The translations under genes and the position numbers were made by a program. DNA of 63,806 nucleotides, the filler included. It is 6 parts of 6 records of this genome, joined end to end, with 100 filler letters (N's around TTAATTAATTAA, not from the genome) between each part and the next. Parts side by side here need not be neighbours in the genome. Positions count along the whole stretch, not along the records: positions 43,183 to 53,016 come from SRR31156797_28390; positions 53,117 to 58,704 come from SRR31156797_28397; positions 58,805 to 63,806 come from SRR31156797_28403; 3 more parts are not named here. The stretch is one strand, 5' to 3'. Positions within the stretch are counted from its first letter, which is position 1. The number at the start of each line of letters is the position of its first letter. Of the stretch, positions 47,680 through 58,987 are shown piece after piece. Under the pieces are notes generated by a model. It had not been told where the DNA came from and did not search any database. It worked only from the letters and a program-made list of their open reading frames with translations.

Positions 47680-47890
47680 AACGTGCCGCATGCGGCGGAA
47701 GGTAGCATTGTTCTTTGTTTGTCAGTGATTTTTGTAAAATTATCAGAATCACAAGGACGCAGTGAACAATAAGTTTGACTAATCAGAAGTAGTGAATTAC
47801 TTTAACCATCGCAGAGGGTCACAGCAAAGCCGGCACGACCTGAAAAGATAAGCAAAACAAACTATTGCCTTCACCTCTTTTTCTGCATGC
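47680..47890 (+). ncRNA. Candidate structured non-coding RNA or repeat element
   Basis: TATA-like TTTAAGTA at 47651; long-range 5'/3' pairing, internal hairpins, 3' T-run. Confidence 0.5.
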
Positions 47891-48181
47891 CTTTAACTTA
47901 AAAATTGCGTTGTTTACCACTAAATTCATGGTCGGTAATCATAACAGGTAGTCAGTATCGCATTAATCATTCAAAAAAGTATTTCCACAGAGCCAAATAT
48001 ATAAAATTTATATACTAGTTGTTTAATAAGATTAAAGACAGTTGGGTAAAATAACATTTGATTACAGATATAAAAATTCTAATTAACTTAGTGGAACTTT
48101 TGTAAGTAGGACGATTGAACAAATGTTTATTGAGGGATAAATTAAAAGCCATCCACCTTCCAACCGCAGGAAGACGAGTAC

Positions 48182-51100
48182 ATGGAAGAAAGAGAAAGCC
48201 GGGAGAATACAGGTATCAATGATTTTTCTGTGTCAACAGGAGAACATGATGAACTATTCTCATACTGTCGGGCGAACACTGAAGCATACAAAAAATTGTT
48301 CAGTGACGAAATAACTATTGTGTTGCTGATAAATCCTAAAAATAACGAAATAATAGATGCTAACAACACTGCCTGTGAATATTACGGATGGAAAAAAGGA
48401 AATGTAAAAGGCAAAAATTTCAATGATATAACCGTTTTTTCTGATGAAAAGTCTAATTTGCCTGATTTTATGAAACCAGATTGCCAGAATAATTTCTTAT
48501 ATGCTGAACAACTCACTGCAAATGGAAAAATTCGTGATGTTAAAGTCTATACAAGTCCTTTGATAGAAGACGAAGAATTAAAATTCTACGTTGTTCAGGA
48601 TATTACTGAAGAAAAAAGAACAGAAGAACAAATACAACTTACAAATTTTTCCCTTTATAATTTCAGTGATCCTGTTTTCTGGACAGACTCAGATGGACAT
48701 TTCTTTTACGTCAACAAAGCTGCATGCGATCACCTGGGTTATTCTGAAGAAGAACTTCTGACCATGTGTGTCATGGAAATAGATCCTGATTTTACCGCTG
48801 ATATCTGGAAAGAACACTGGGAAGAGATTAAAGAGAAAAAAGCATTTACTTTTGAATCCAGACACCGCGTTAAAAGTGGAAAGATCATTCCTGTGGAAAT
48901 AACAGCAAACCACATGGTCTATAATGAGAAAGAATACAACTGTGCATTTGTTAAAGACATAAGTGAGCGCAAAAAAGCAGAAAAGAGATTGCAACTTTCA
49001 TGTTTTTCACTTGAAAATTTTGTTGACCCTGTTGCCTGGATAAATAACAAAGCTGAATTCATTTATGTCAATCAGGCTGCATGTGATCTTCTTGGATATA
49101 CTAAAAAAGAATTGCTGTCATTCACAGTATTTGATATATCATTTTATACACCTGACATCTGGGAAGGCAGATGGAATGAAATAAAAACCAACAAGAAAAG
49201 TCGAACTGAAACTTATTTTAAGAAAAAGGCAGGTGAAAGCATACCTGTCAGTATATCTTCAACCTACATGAATTATGAAGGAAAGGAATATATCTGTGTT
49301 TTTGCCATGGATATAACTGAAAGAAAAAAAGCTGAAAAAGACCTGCATCTGTCATTTTTCTCACTGGAGAACTGCTATGATCCGGTTTACTGGATAAAAT
49401 CCAACGGGCAGATATTTTATGTCAATAAAACCGGCTGTGATCTTCTGGGTTACTCCGAAAAAGAATTACTATCAATGTCAGTATCGGATGTAAATCCCAA
49501 TTTCAGTCCCGAGATCTGGAAAGAACACTGGAAAGATATTAAATCGGAAAAGATATTTTTCAGTGAATCAACCCTTCGTACCAGGTCAGGTGAGATACTG
49601 CCTGTTGAAATAACAGCCAGCTATCTGAACTATGAAGGAGAGGAATATCACTGCGCTTTTATAAGAGACATAAGTGAACGTAAAAAACATGAAAAAGCAC
49701 TTGCAGAAGAAGTTAACTGGCGTCGCAGCCTTATGAATGGATCAAGAGATGGTATAGTAGTTCTTGATATGGGAGGTAAGGTCTTTGATTCAAACCCTGC
49801 TTACGCGCAAATGCTTGGATATACGCAAAAGGAAGTTCATGATCTGTATATATGGGATTGGGACAGGACTCACTCAAAAGAAGAGCTCCTTGCTTTCCTT
49901 AATACCAATGCATTTAAAGGAGGGCTCTTTGAAGTAGAACAATGTCGTAAAGATGGGACTACGATCAATGTTGAGATAAATTCTAGTCGCATTGAGTTTG
50001 CCGGCAAGGAATTATCACTATGCATATGCAGGGACATAACCGGAAGAAAAAAAGCGGAAGAAGAATTCAAAATGGCAAGCTTCTCACTGGAGAACTTCAG
50101 TGATGCAGTGCTCTGGACAAAAGAAAATGGGGAGATATTTGGTGCAAATAAAGCTGCATGCAATCTTTATTGTTATTCCATGGAAGAATTATTATTAAAG
50201 ACAGTACCTGACATAAATCCTCAATTCACCATTGATACCTGGAAAGAAGTGAAGGATAAAAAGAAACTTCGTTTTGAAGCTCTTAACTATACAAAATTCG
50301 GAACCACTTTCCCTGTAGAGATCACAGTTAACTATCTGAATTATGAGGGGAAGGAATATAATTGTGCCATTATAAAGGACATAACTGAACAAAAAAGATC
50401 CGAAAAGGCTCTGAGGGAAAGTGAAAAAAAACTCAGTTCAATGGTAACTAACATTGCTGATGTAATTGCTATTGTTGATAAAGACGGAGTGAACAGATAC
50501 AAAAGCCCAAATGTAGAGAAATGGTTCGGATGGAAGCCTGAGGAACTTGTTGGGAACTCTGCATTGGACCTGATGCATCCTGATGACATTACAAAAACAA
50601 AGGAAGCACTCTATGATATATCCAGTGAACCAAAAGCTAGCATAAACATAGAAGCTAGATACCGTTGTAAAGGTGGGGAACATAAATGGACGCAATTTAC
50701 GGCTATAAATCTTTTTGATGAGCCAGCAATAAATGGATTTCTTGTGAATTACCATGATATTTCGGCACGTAAGGCCTCAGAAAAAGCTCTGCTTGAAAGT
50801 AAAGCACAATTAAGGTCACTGGTTGATACAGCACCGGACCTTGTCTGGCTTAAAGATACAAATGGAGTGTTCCTTGCATGTAACACCAGATTTGAGAGTC
50901 TCTATGGTGCAAAGGAAGCAAAAATTGCTGGAAACACTGACTATGATTTTGTTGATAAAGAAACTGCAGATCTTTTCATAGGGACGGATAAAAAGGCAAT
51001 TGAATCCGGTGGCTCAATCATATTTGAAGAACAGGTCATCTATGCTGACGGACATAAGGAATATCTGGAAACTATCAAAAGCCCAGTGCATGATGCAAAT

Positions 51101-52630
51101 GGACAGCTTATAGGTGTACTGGGCGTTGCCAGGGATATAACCCAGAGAAAAAAGTCCGAAGAAGAACTAAAAAGAGCAAGTTTCTCACTGGAAAATTCCA
51201 GTGATCCAATATTCTGGAAGGAAAAGGATGGTAAAATATGTTATGTTAACAAGGCTGCATGTGACCTTCTTGACTATTCTAAAGAAGAGCTTCTCTTAAT
51301 GTCTATTTTTGAAATATGTCCCGAAGCTACAAAGGCGATCTGGGACCAATACTGGAATGTAATTAAACGTGACAAAATAGCCCGAGGTGAAACCGAGCTG
51401 CGTACAAGAACTGGTAAAAAGTTTCCCGTGGAAGTGGTTTCCAACTATATGAATTATGAAGGAAAGGAATATGAGTGCTCTTTTATGCGTGATCTCACTG
51501 AGCGCCGCACATATGAAAAAGCGTTGGAAGTTGAAATTAAAGAGCGCCATAATCTTATGGAACAATCAAGGGATGGAATTGTCATTCTTGATACAGATGG
51601 AAATGTTTTTGAGACTAACCCGGCGTATGCCAGCATGCTTGGATATTCAATGAAAGAAATGCAGTCACTTCATGTATGGGACTGGGATTTCGACTACACA
51701 AAAGAACAACTTCAAGGTATGTGCAGAAGTATTGATGAAAAGGGAATTTATTTAGAAACGTGTCAACGTCGCAAGAATGGAGAAATCATTAATGTTGAAA
51801 TCAACTCCAATTCCGTAGAACTTGGAGACAAAAAGCTGATATTATGTGTATGCAGAGACATGACACAGAGGAAAAAAGAAGAAAATGAACTTATAGAAGC
51901 AAAACTGACTGCTGAAGCCGCAAGCAGAGTTAAGGATGAGTTCCTCGCAACAATGAGTCATGAATTAAGAACACCTCTGAATTCCATACTTGGTTTCTCA
52001 GATATATTGCAAAGTGAATCTTTTGGTGAGATTAATGAGATGCAGGCTGAATATCTCTCTTATGTTTCAAAAAGCGGAAAACATCTTCTTGAAATAATCA
52101 ACAAAATTCTCAATCTTGCAAAAGCTGAATCAAGGGAAGCAAAATTGGATTATGAGATCTTCTATATGGCTGAAGTATTAGATGAGATCCAAATGATGCT
52201 GGAACCAATTGCATTAAAAAAGAATATTGATATTGATTTTGTGTCGGAACCTCCTATAGAAATGATAGAAGCGGACAAAACAAAATTTAAGGAAATTTTC
52301 TTCAATCTAATAAGTAATGCAATAAAGTTCACTCCGGAAAAAGGCAATGTTGAAATAGATTTCAAGAAACTTGACGCTTCACTCTATATAAGTGTGAAAG
52401 ATACAGGGATTGGAATCGCAAAAGAAGATATGGACAAATTATTCCATCCATTCACACAGTTAAACCCGTACCTTAAGCATGAGTATGAAGGTACCGGACT
52501 GGGACTTGCAATTACCAAAAAATTTATTGAAATGCACGGAGGAACAATTGCAGTTAAAAGTGATCTGAATAAAGGCAGTACTTTTATTTTCTCAATTCCT
52601 CTTAAAGCAAAATGTAATGATATGAATTAA
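48182..52630 (+). CDS. Cytoplasmic histidine kinase with ten PAS domains
   Basis: Ten PAS/PAC units ending DI(T/S)E-like motifs; H-box ATMSHELRTPLN; N, G1 and G2 boxes; no TM helix. Confidence 0.93.
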   Translation: MEERESRENTGINDFSVSTGEHDELFSYCRANTEAYKKLFSDEITIVLLINPKNNEIIDANNTACEYYGWKKGNVKGKNFNDITVFSDEKSNLPDFMKPDCQNNFLYAEQLTANGKIRDVKVYTSPLIEDEELKFYVVQDITEEKRTEEQIQLTNFSLYNFSDPVFWTDSDGHFFYVNKAACDHLGYSEEELLTMCVMEIDPDFTADIWKEHWEEIKEKKAFTFESRHRVKSGKIIPVEITANHMVYNEKEYNCAFVKDISERKKAEKRLQLSCFSLENFVDPVAWINNKAEFIYVNQAACDLLGYTKKELLSFTVFDISFYTPDIWEGRWNEIKTNKKSRTETYFKKKAGESIPVSISSTYMNYEGKEYICVFAMDITERKKAEKDLHLSFFSLENCYDPVYWIKSNGQIFYVNKTGCDLLGYSEKELLSMSVSDVNPNFSPEIWKEHWKDIKSEKIFFSESTLRTRSGEILPVEITASYLNYEGEEYHCAFIRDISERKKHEKALAEEVNWRRSLMNGSRDGIVVLDMGGKVFDSNPAYAQMLGYTQKEVHDLYIWDWDRTHSKEELLAFLNTNAFKGGLFEVEQCRKDGTTINVEINSSRIEFAGKELSLCICRDITGRKKAEEEFKMASFSLENFSDAVLWTKENGEIFGANKAACNLYCYSMEELLLKTVPDINPQFTIDTWKEVKDKKKLRFEALNYTKFGTTFPVEITVNYLNYEGKEYNCAIIKDITEQKRSEKALRESEKKLSSMVTNIADVIAIVDKDGVNRYKSPNVEKWFGWKPEELVGNSALDLMHPDDITKTKEALYDISSEPKASINIEARYRCKGGEHKWTQFTAINLFDEPAINGFLVNYHDISARKASEKALLESKAQLRSLVDTAPDLVWLKDTNGVFLACNTRFESLYGAKEAKIAGNTDYDFVDKETADLFIGTDKKAIESGGSIIFEEQVIYADGHKEYLETIKSPVHDANGQLIGVLGVARDITQRKKSEEELKRASFSLENSSDPIFWKEKDGKICYVNKAACDLLDYSKEELLLMSIFEICPEATKAIWDQYWNVIKRDKIARGETELRTRTGKKFPVEVVSNYMNYEGKEYECSFMRDLTERRTYEKALEVEIKERHNLMEQSRDGIVILDTDGNVFETNPAYASMLGYSMKEMQSLHVWDWDFDYTKEQLQGMCRSIDEKGIYLETCQRRKNGEIINVEINSNSVELGDKKLILCVCRDMTQRKKEENELIEAKLTAEAASRVKDEFLATMSHELRTPLNSILGFSDILQSESFGEINEMQAEYLSYVSKSGKHLLEIINKILNLAKAESREAKLDYEIFYMAEVLDEIQMMLEPIALKKNIDIDFVSEPPIEMIEADKTKFKEIFFNLISNAIKFTPEKGNVEIDFKKLDASLYISVKDTGIGIAKEDMDKLFHPFTQLNPYLKHEYEGTGLGLAITKKFIEMHGGTIAVKSDLNKGSTFIFSIPLKAKCNDMN

Positions 52631-52685
52631 TTATTGTTAAAAGCAAACTCTAAAAAATAAAAAAGGAGAATGTCCTGCATCTATT

Positions 52686-53016
52686 TCATTTAACAGGCAT
52701 GCAAATATCAAGGATATGATGCTTCTGAGGATGTTCCTCAGGATTGTTCAGATATATCTCATAACTTGCCCTTGACATATCGATCTCAAGTTTGTTTTGC
52801 ATCAGCCATTCAACAACCTTTTCCCATGCAGGGCCATATTCCTCCGGTCCCATCAGTTCTGCACGCATCACCACATATTTTCCACCAGGGAGCTTCTTCT
52901 TTTTAATCTCCTCCTCAACTTCAACGTCATCTACAATTGTCATGCATGCATCCAGCTTGAGTTCTTCCGGTGGCGTAATGCCGGGGTCATCATAATAGGC
53001 AGACATAAAAAGAGTA
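52686..53016 (-). CDS. GyrI-like small-molecule-binding protein, 5'-truncated
   Basis: YYDDP..TP...L..DAC, LPGGKY, YEIYLNNP, DICMPV. Confidence 0.85.
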
Positions 53017-53116
53017 NNNNNNNNNNNNNNNNNNNNNNNNNNNNNNNNNNNNNNNNNNNNTTAATTAATTAANNNNNNNNNNNNNNNNNNNNNNNNNNNN
53101 NNNNNNNNNNNNNNNN
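53017..53116. other. Artificial contig spacer
   Basis: N-run with TTAATTAATTAA. Confidence 0.99.
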
Positions 53117-56100
53117 GGTAGACTGGTTTTGCATTTCTGCTGTTGTTTTACCTATACCCCCACCACTTGTTGTTACTCCACTTGTTTCTATGTCCCAATA
53201 ACATGAATTAAATGTAGAATTGACTGAAGAGCTCGCGAATCCTCCAATCCCAGATCCTGAAGAGGGAATTATTGTCGTTGTAGAGTATGAGTTTGTAAAA
53301 TTAGAGTCATATTCTAATCCTACAAAGCCACCAATATAAGAAGTACCATAGATAGTTCCAGAAGCATAGCAGTTTGAATTTGTACCAGAAAAATAACCAG
53401 CATGCCCACCAATAACTTGGTTACCATATATTGTTACATTTGAACCACAATTACTAGAGCTTGTAGACAAATCTGCACCACCAAAAATACCACCACAATA
53501 GCTATTGCCTACAATAGTACCGGAAGCATATACGTTCTCAAGATTACCAGCATGAGACACCCCAACAACCATTCCTACATTATTATGTCCTATCACAGAT
53601 GCATTCAAAATTTTAATATTTTTTATTGTACCAGGTCCAAAACAGCCAATGAGTCCATTTGAAAAGGCAGACGAATTATTTATAAAGATATTATTTATTG
53701 AATAATACCTCCCATCTAAAGTACCAGCAAACCGAGTATCTAGATCTGGGCCTATTGAGATAAAACCTCCTCCATTGTTCCAACTACTTGTCGTACTGGC
53801 ATCAATATCATTCATAAGAGTATAGTGTCCGGATAAGTCATTTTTCATTGCTTGCAAATCGTATATGTCATAAATTTGATAGGGATCCAGTTCTGTTCCA
53901 CTGCCATTTGCAGGAGGAGCAGTAATAAATTCGTTCACTGAAATTGTAACTACTACTGAATCATTGCTTCCATATCCATCGTCGACTGTAAACAAAATGT
54001 TATGAGTTCCTGTATCACCTATAGTCGTTGTCCATGAACCCACACCACTAGATGCGTCAAGATTGGTAAACAAATTCGTCTTATTGCATGAGAATATTGC
54101 TATATCTCCATCCATATCCGTGTAATTGGCATCAATATAAACAGTATCACCTTCAGTAATAAACACATCAAATAAACCGGTGATTGTTATTGGATTGTTA
54201 TCTAACTGAACGCTTGATGATAATGGATTGGAAAGTATGCTAGATGTATCATTATACCCATAGACCTTTATTGAAGAATTTCCATGAGGTAATAACGAAG
54301 TATCGTTAATATATGTGTTTGAAGTTCCGTTGTACCAAGCATTGTTTAAACTGATATTAAATGAATCTGTATCATTGCCAGGCATCCATTCCCAATTAAC
54401 AAAGAAGTTGCCCTGATTATAATTCAAATTTGTTGGCGTAACTGAAGTATCAAGGACATTGGCATCAATATTGAATGTAATTGTTTCTGAAGCAGTGTTT
54501 CCATATAAGTCCGTAGCATAAACAGTGAACGTGTTCTGACCTTCTACGAAATACTGTTCTATCTGTGAACGATCAGTTTCGTTGTGACCATTCAAGGAAT
54601 AAATCAAGGATGCTTCTTCACTTAAACTAACATCTATTTGCGGCAAATAAGTATAATATACTCCATCTTCAGGGAAATTGATTGTAATCTCTGGAGGATA
54701 ATTGTCAACTATCTCAAAGTTTTCAAATACAGTGGCTATATTACCCACACAGTCTTCAACATGAACCTTAACGGTATACGAACCAACATCCAGATCCCTA
54801 AACTTAAATGATTCGTCAAAGGATTTTGAATTCCTGATGAACCACTTACTTCCATCCACATACCCTGTATCACTGATAGTACATTCCATCATTGAAAGTT
54901 TGTTTATATCAATTGCAGAAATGGATATTTTAACATTTTGATTATATGGAAGTACTGTCACATTCACATCAGGAATTGTATTATCAATATTGAAACTAAC
55001 TGATTTACTGGTTGAAGCAGAATCGGTAGCTTCAACTTCAACTACATAGTCGCCATCTTCAAGATCGAGTGTCTGATTGAAAGTATATATGGAACCATCC
55101 TGAACATATGACAGATAATTGGAATTCCCATTAACACTGTATGCTAATGAATTAAGGTTGTCATCTGCAACAGTCCCTGAAAGAGTAAATGATCGGGATA
55201 CACTGGCAGGCCGGTCTATACTGATAGCAGGGTGAAGATCCAGATCATCACCATAGACTGCGTAAATCTCCATATCATGCAATCCGGCACTGATATTCTG
55301 TCCTGAATAAATTTCTGATGTACCATCAAATATCCTGATATTCACCCCTGGTACAGAACTCGAGTCCCATGTCAATGCAGTAGTTTGACCAGATGGTACT
55401 CTTACTTTAAAATCCCAACTTGCACCGTTATCACTTTGCTTAATGTTCTTTGAGAAATAACCATCTATCAGCAAGAATACTTTATCCATTGGATACGGAG
55501 GCAGACTCCATGAATCTGCCACGTCTAATGACTCTGTAGTGGCCGGGTCCACTCCAATTGTTACATCCTGTATTGAATTCGGTGCTGAAATACTAATACT
55601 CCAGGAATCCGGAGCTGAGATAGGAGGAATCAGGTTTACTTCCTGAGCACTTTCCGATATCTGGAAGACCCCTTCAATAAAGGCGGCATTTGACTCCGTG
55701 CCACGGAAAATCTCATCTATGTGAATTAAAATGACAGGAAAATCAGTTATACTGCTTCCATCACAACTGATAGTTGATCTATAGGTATAGATTTCACCTG
55801 CTTCTAAAATATCGGAATCCAACTCCACCCCATTTTTGTTCAAAGTAACCAAAAGTTTTTCATTATTTGTATCAACTTCTACAAAATTAAACTCATAACC
55901 TTCATCGAGTATTACTGATGAACCCGTAAACACCGCTGTTTTTTTATCAAAGTCCCCTATCAAAATAGGAGCAGTCCAATTACGAGATACCAAGCTGTCT
56001 CCGCTATTTATGTCAGTTAATGGTATATTCTTGTACCCAACAAAAGAGACGTATGTTTCATTATCGTGTGTTTCAGAAATTCCTGCATACTCTCCGAAAT

Positions 56101-56710
56101 CCGAATATTCATAGGGTATAGAAGTTGGAGTGTACTGACCATCAAAAACACATTTTTTGACAGGTCTGGTAAATAGTCCGTCAGCTATCAGGACAATATC
56201 TTCAGATTCAAAACGATAAGGATAAGAACCAGTCATTTCAACATACTTCATTACAAAAATTGGTTGTTCCCAATCAGAAGGATACTTGATAAAATCTCCT
56301 TCATCAAGGTCTTCATAGGTTTCCGAGCCATAATCACCGTTCACGTCCACATTTACTTCAAAGTTAGTTTCGTCGAAGCTAATTTCATAAGTAACTCCGT
56401 AACTATCGTCCTTGAATGACTTCTCTTCACCTGCAAGGACATATACACTATCGGATTCCTTGACAATTTCCAATAGTGCAGAAGGAACAGCACCGTCCAA
56501 TGATATATAATCTGTGCCATCGACTTTTGTCTCATAATAGTGGGAACCGTCACCGTAATAATAAGCCAGTGTTTCATATTCTGACGAAAGTACTGGATCT
56601 GGAACCAGTTCATCTCCAATGTAATATCCTATAGAACCTATTGAGATATTGGCCATCAATACTATGAATAAAACAGCGAGTGATCTGCTGTACATACCCT
56701 TAAGTTTCAT
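53117..56710 (-). CDS. Large surface protein: Methanosarcinales S-layer domain + Ig-like domains + GLUG region, 3'-truncated
   Basis: Signal peptide; FPVILIHIDEIFRGTESNAAFIEGVFQISE S-layer motif; DNTIP/DNYPP Ig repeats; GSGTELDPYQI and VGM/IGG GLUG repeats. Confidence 0.8.
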
Positions 56711-58704
56711 AAGATCACCTCTAACATATCCACAAAGAAAACAAAGATCGAATCCCCTGGATTCACATTTTCATCCGGACCCACAAGTACATAGTCATCA
56801 GTTTCCGGATAATATTTATAAACAAGAGTTCTCTCAGCATAGCTATCAAGGCCAAGGAAGTCAAACAGTTTCATTGTTGATGGAGGAGCCCCTACAAAAC
56901 CATAATTATCATAGTATCTCTTTATACTGAAATCTGTGAACTGCGTATGAATGTCAATGGAACAATCCGTTGGAGAATTGATCATATAGGATTTTCCTTT
57001 TTCAACATTTCCAGAGGAACTTATTGCTGATAAAGTCAAAGTGTAATCATCAAGTAGGAATATTTCAGCATTAGAAGGAGATATGATCTCTGAAGCTGTT
57101 ACATCAAATGGTAAAGAGATGACCTGCGTTCCACTATTAAGATCTAATGAATATGATTCAAAGTAAGAATAGTATTCCTGAGCTTCACCTGCTGTGACAT
57201 TACAATCTAAACGTGCAGGACTAATATCATCATCTAATGGTTTTACAGTAATCTGGTTCTCCCCTGCATATGCAAATATTTCAGCAACCCCATTATTGAT
57301 TACTCCATCAGGATGACCAAATTCACCTTTGCTATTTACATAAACTTGTGCTCCTTCCTTGTCAGAGTAAACAGTGATTTTAGGTTTTGTTGTGATAATC
57401 AGGGAAAAATTCTGGGGACCTTCAATAAAAGTACCATCAACTTTGATCGAATACTCCCCAGAAATCGGGTCTTCTATTTGAACTTGCTCAAGAGGATTTG
57501 AATGATCTTCAGCTTTTGTTGCAGGGTTTTCCACGTAAGCAGGATCTGAATTAAGGATCCAGGGATAATAATATGTTGATACATCATCGCTTTTGTAAAC
57601 TACAAGATTGATATCATTAATCAAATCTTTCTGATTCGGATACTTGGAACCTTCAACATCACTCCATGCAAGTGTAACCTTAAGTTCACCTGTATTTGCT
57701 GGGACATCAAATTTATAAATTGTCTGATTAGTATCATATCGACTTGTAAACGTAGTGTCATCCTGAATGATAGTTTTATCTTTTTCAGTATCCAGTTCTA
57801 CCAGATCAAGAGCTTCTTTTGTGTCAAGCATCCCATATCCATATCTGTATGTGGGTCCATTGCCATCGTTGTTTGCGGTGTGCACAAGGAGTGCTTTCAT
57901 GGTTGATGGCAACATGTCCTCATTGGGATGAGTATTCTTCCAGTGCTCAAGGATCAGGGAGCTGGAGCCAGAAACTACCGGTGTTGCATAAGAAGTTCCT
58001 TTTTGAGGCCTAACAGCATCAGTGCCATCATAAGTATCAGTTTCATCTATTTGCATACCAGCACCAGTTGCAACAATTTCTGGTTTTAGTCTTCCATCTT
58101 TACATGGACCAAAACTACTAAAACTTGCAACCTCGGAAAAAGTAGATTCGTCAACTGCACCAACTGTTATGATATTTTTTGCCGTTCCGGGTGAAGTAAT
58201 AGTAAAATAGTTGTTAGCGTTCTTATTTTTGTTTCCTGCAGATTTAAAAGCAATTATGCCTTCAGCACGAATTGCAGCATCGAATTGATCTGAAGACCAA
58301 TCATCACCTGAAGTATACTCGCCTAAAGATTGATTTTCTCCAAAAGAATTTGTTGAGATATCAACGTTTGAAGCTAACAGTTCATTATATAAGTCAGAAA
58401 TATCATAAGAATCAATTTCTATATCAGTGGCCATTCCATCATACTGCTCATTGTTACTATTTGAAGCAAGTATCAAAGCAACATTTGTTGCATGATCTGA
58501 GATATTCACATGATCATCCAACACAGTTACCCTGCCGGATAATTCATTTCTACTACTGTTTATTTCAGAACTAAATGAGGGGGTTTTAGTTGCTGTTTCC
58601 CAAACACCAATATTAATACCATTTCCTGTCAGTCCCTGATCGTTCGCACAGTCTGTAAATACATATTCTCTGATATCATCAAGGGTAGATGATCCATAAG
58701 CAAC
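56707..58704 (-). CDS. S8 subtilisin-like peptidase, 5'-truncated
   Basis: DHATNVA, SAGN, AKNIITVGA, GRLKPEIVA, GTSYATP; frame open to the contig edge. Confidence 0.9.
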   Translation of the reverse strand, partial: VAYGSSTLDDIREYVFTDCANDQGLTGNGINIGVWETATKTPSFSSEINSSRNELSGRVTVLDDHVNISDHATNVALILASNSNNEQYDGMATDIEIDSYDISDLYNELLASNVDISTNSFGENQSLGEYTSGDDWSSDQFDAAIRAEGIIAFKSAGNKNKNANNYFTITSPGTAKNIITVGAVDESTFSEVASFSSFGPCKDGRLKPEIVATGAGMQIDETDTYDGTDAVRPQKGTSYATPVVSGSSSLILEHWKNTHPNEDMLPSTMKALLVHTANNDGNGPTYRYGYGMLDTKEALDLVELDTEKDKTIIQDDTTFTSRYDTNQTIYKFDVPANTGELKVTLAWSDVEGSKYPNQKDLINDINLVVYKSDDVSTYYYPWILNSDPAYVENPATKAEDHSNPLEQVQIEDPISGEYSIKVDGTFIEGPQNFSLIITTKPKITVYSDKEGAQVYVNSKGEFGHPDGVINNGVAEIFAYAGENQITVKPLDDDISPARLDCNVTAGEAQEYYSYFESYSLDLNSGTQVISLPFDVTASEIISPSNAEIFLLDDYTLTLSAISSSGNVEKGKSYMINSPTDCSIDIHTQFTDFSIKRYYDNYGFVGAPPSTMKLFDFLGLDSYAERTLVYKYYPETDDYVLVGPDENVNPGDSIFVFFVDMLEVIL

Positions 58705-58804
58705 NNNNNNNNNNNNNNNNNNNNNNNNNNNNNNNNNNNNNNNNNNNNTTAATTAATTAANNNNNNNNNNNNNNNNNNNNNNNNNNNNNNNNNNNNNNNN
58801 NNNN
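58705..58804. other. Artificial contig spacer
   Basis: N-run with TTAATTAATTAA. Confidence 0.99.
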
Positions 58805-58987
58805 GGAACGGGCTGTACCCTCTCCTCCGCCCTGGCGGCCTGCCTCGCGGCCGGCCTCCCCCTGTCCGAAGCGGTCAGGAGGGCGAAGGACTATCTGAAC
58901 AGCGCCATAGAAGCGGGCAGCGCCTACTCCATCGGCAGGGGACACGGACCGGTGCACCATTTCCACGCCCTCTGGAGAGAGCGTTGA
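58805..58987 (+). CDS. thiD: Hydroxymethylpyrimidine/phosphomethylpyrimidine kinase, C-terminal fragment (absent from ORF track)
   Basis: Translates as GTGCTLSSALAA.LA.G..L.EAV..AK.Y...AI......IGRGHGPVHHF. Confidence 0.92.
   Translation, partial: GTGCTLSSALAACLAAGLPLSEAVRRAKDYLNSAIEAGSAYSIGRGHGPVHHFHALWRER

Noticed and set aside
47981-47994. ATTTCCACAGAGCC, resembling an IS terminal inverted repeat
   Set aside because: No partner repeat or transposase remnant was found; too short to support.
8543-58804. Five TTAATTAATTAA palindromes within N-runs, and any gene neighbourhood crossing them
   Set aside because: These are artificial linkers; genes on either side come from different organisms, so cross-spacer 'operons' are meaningless.
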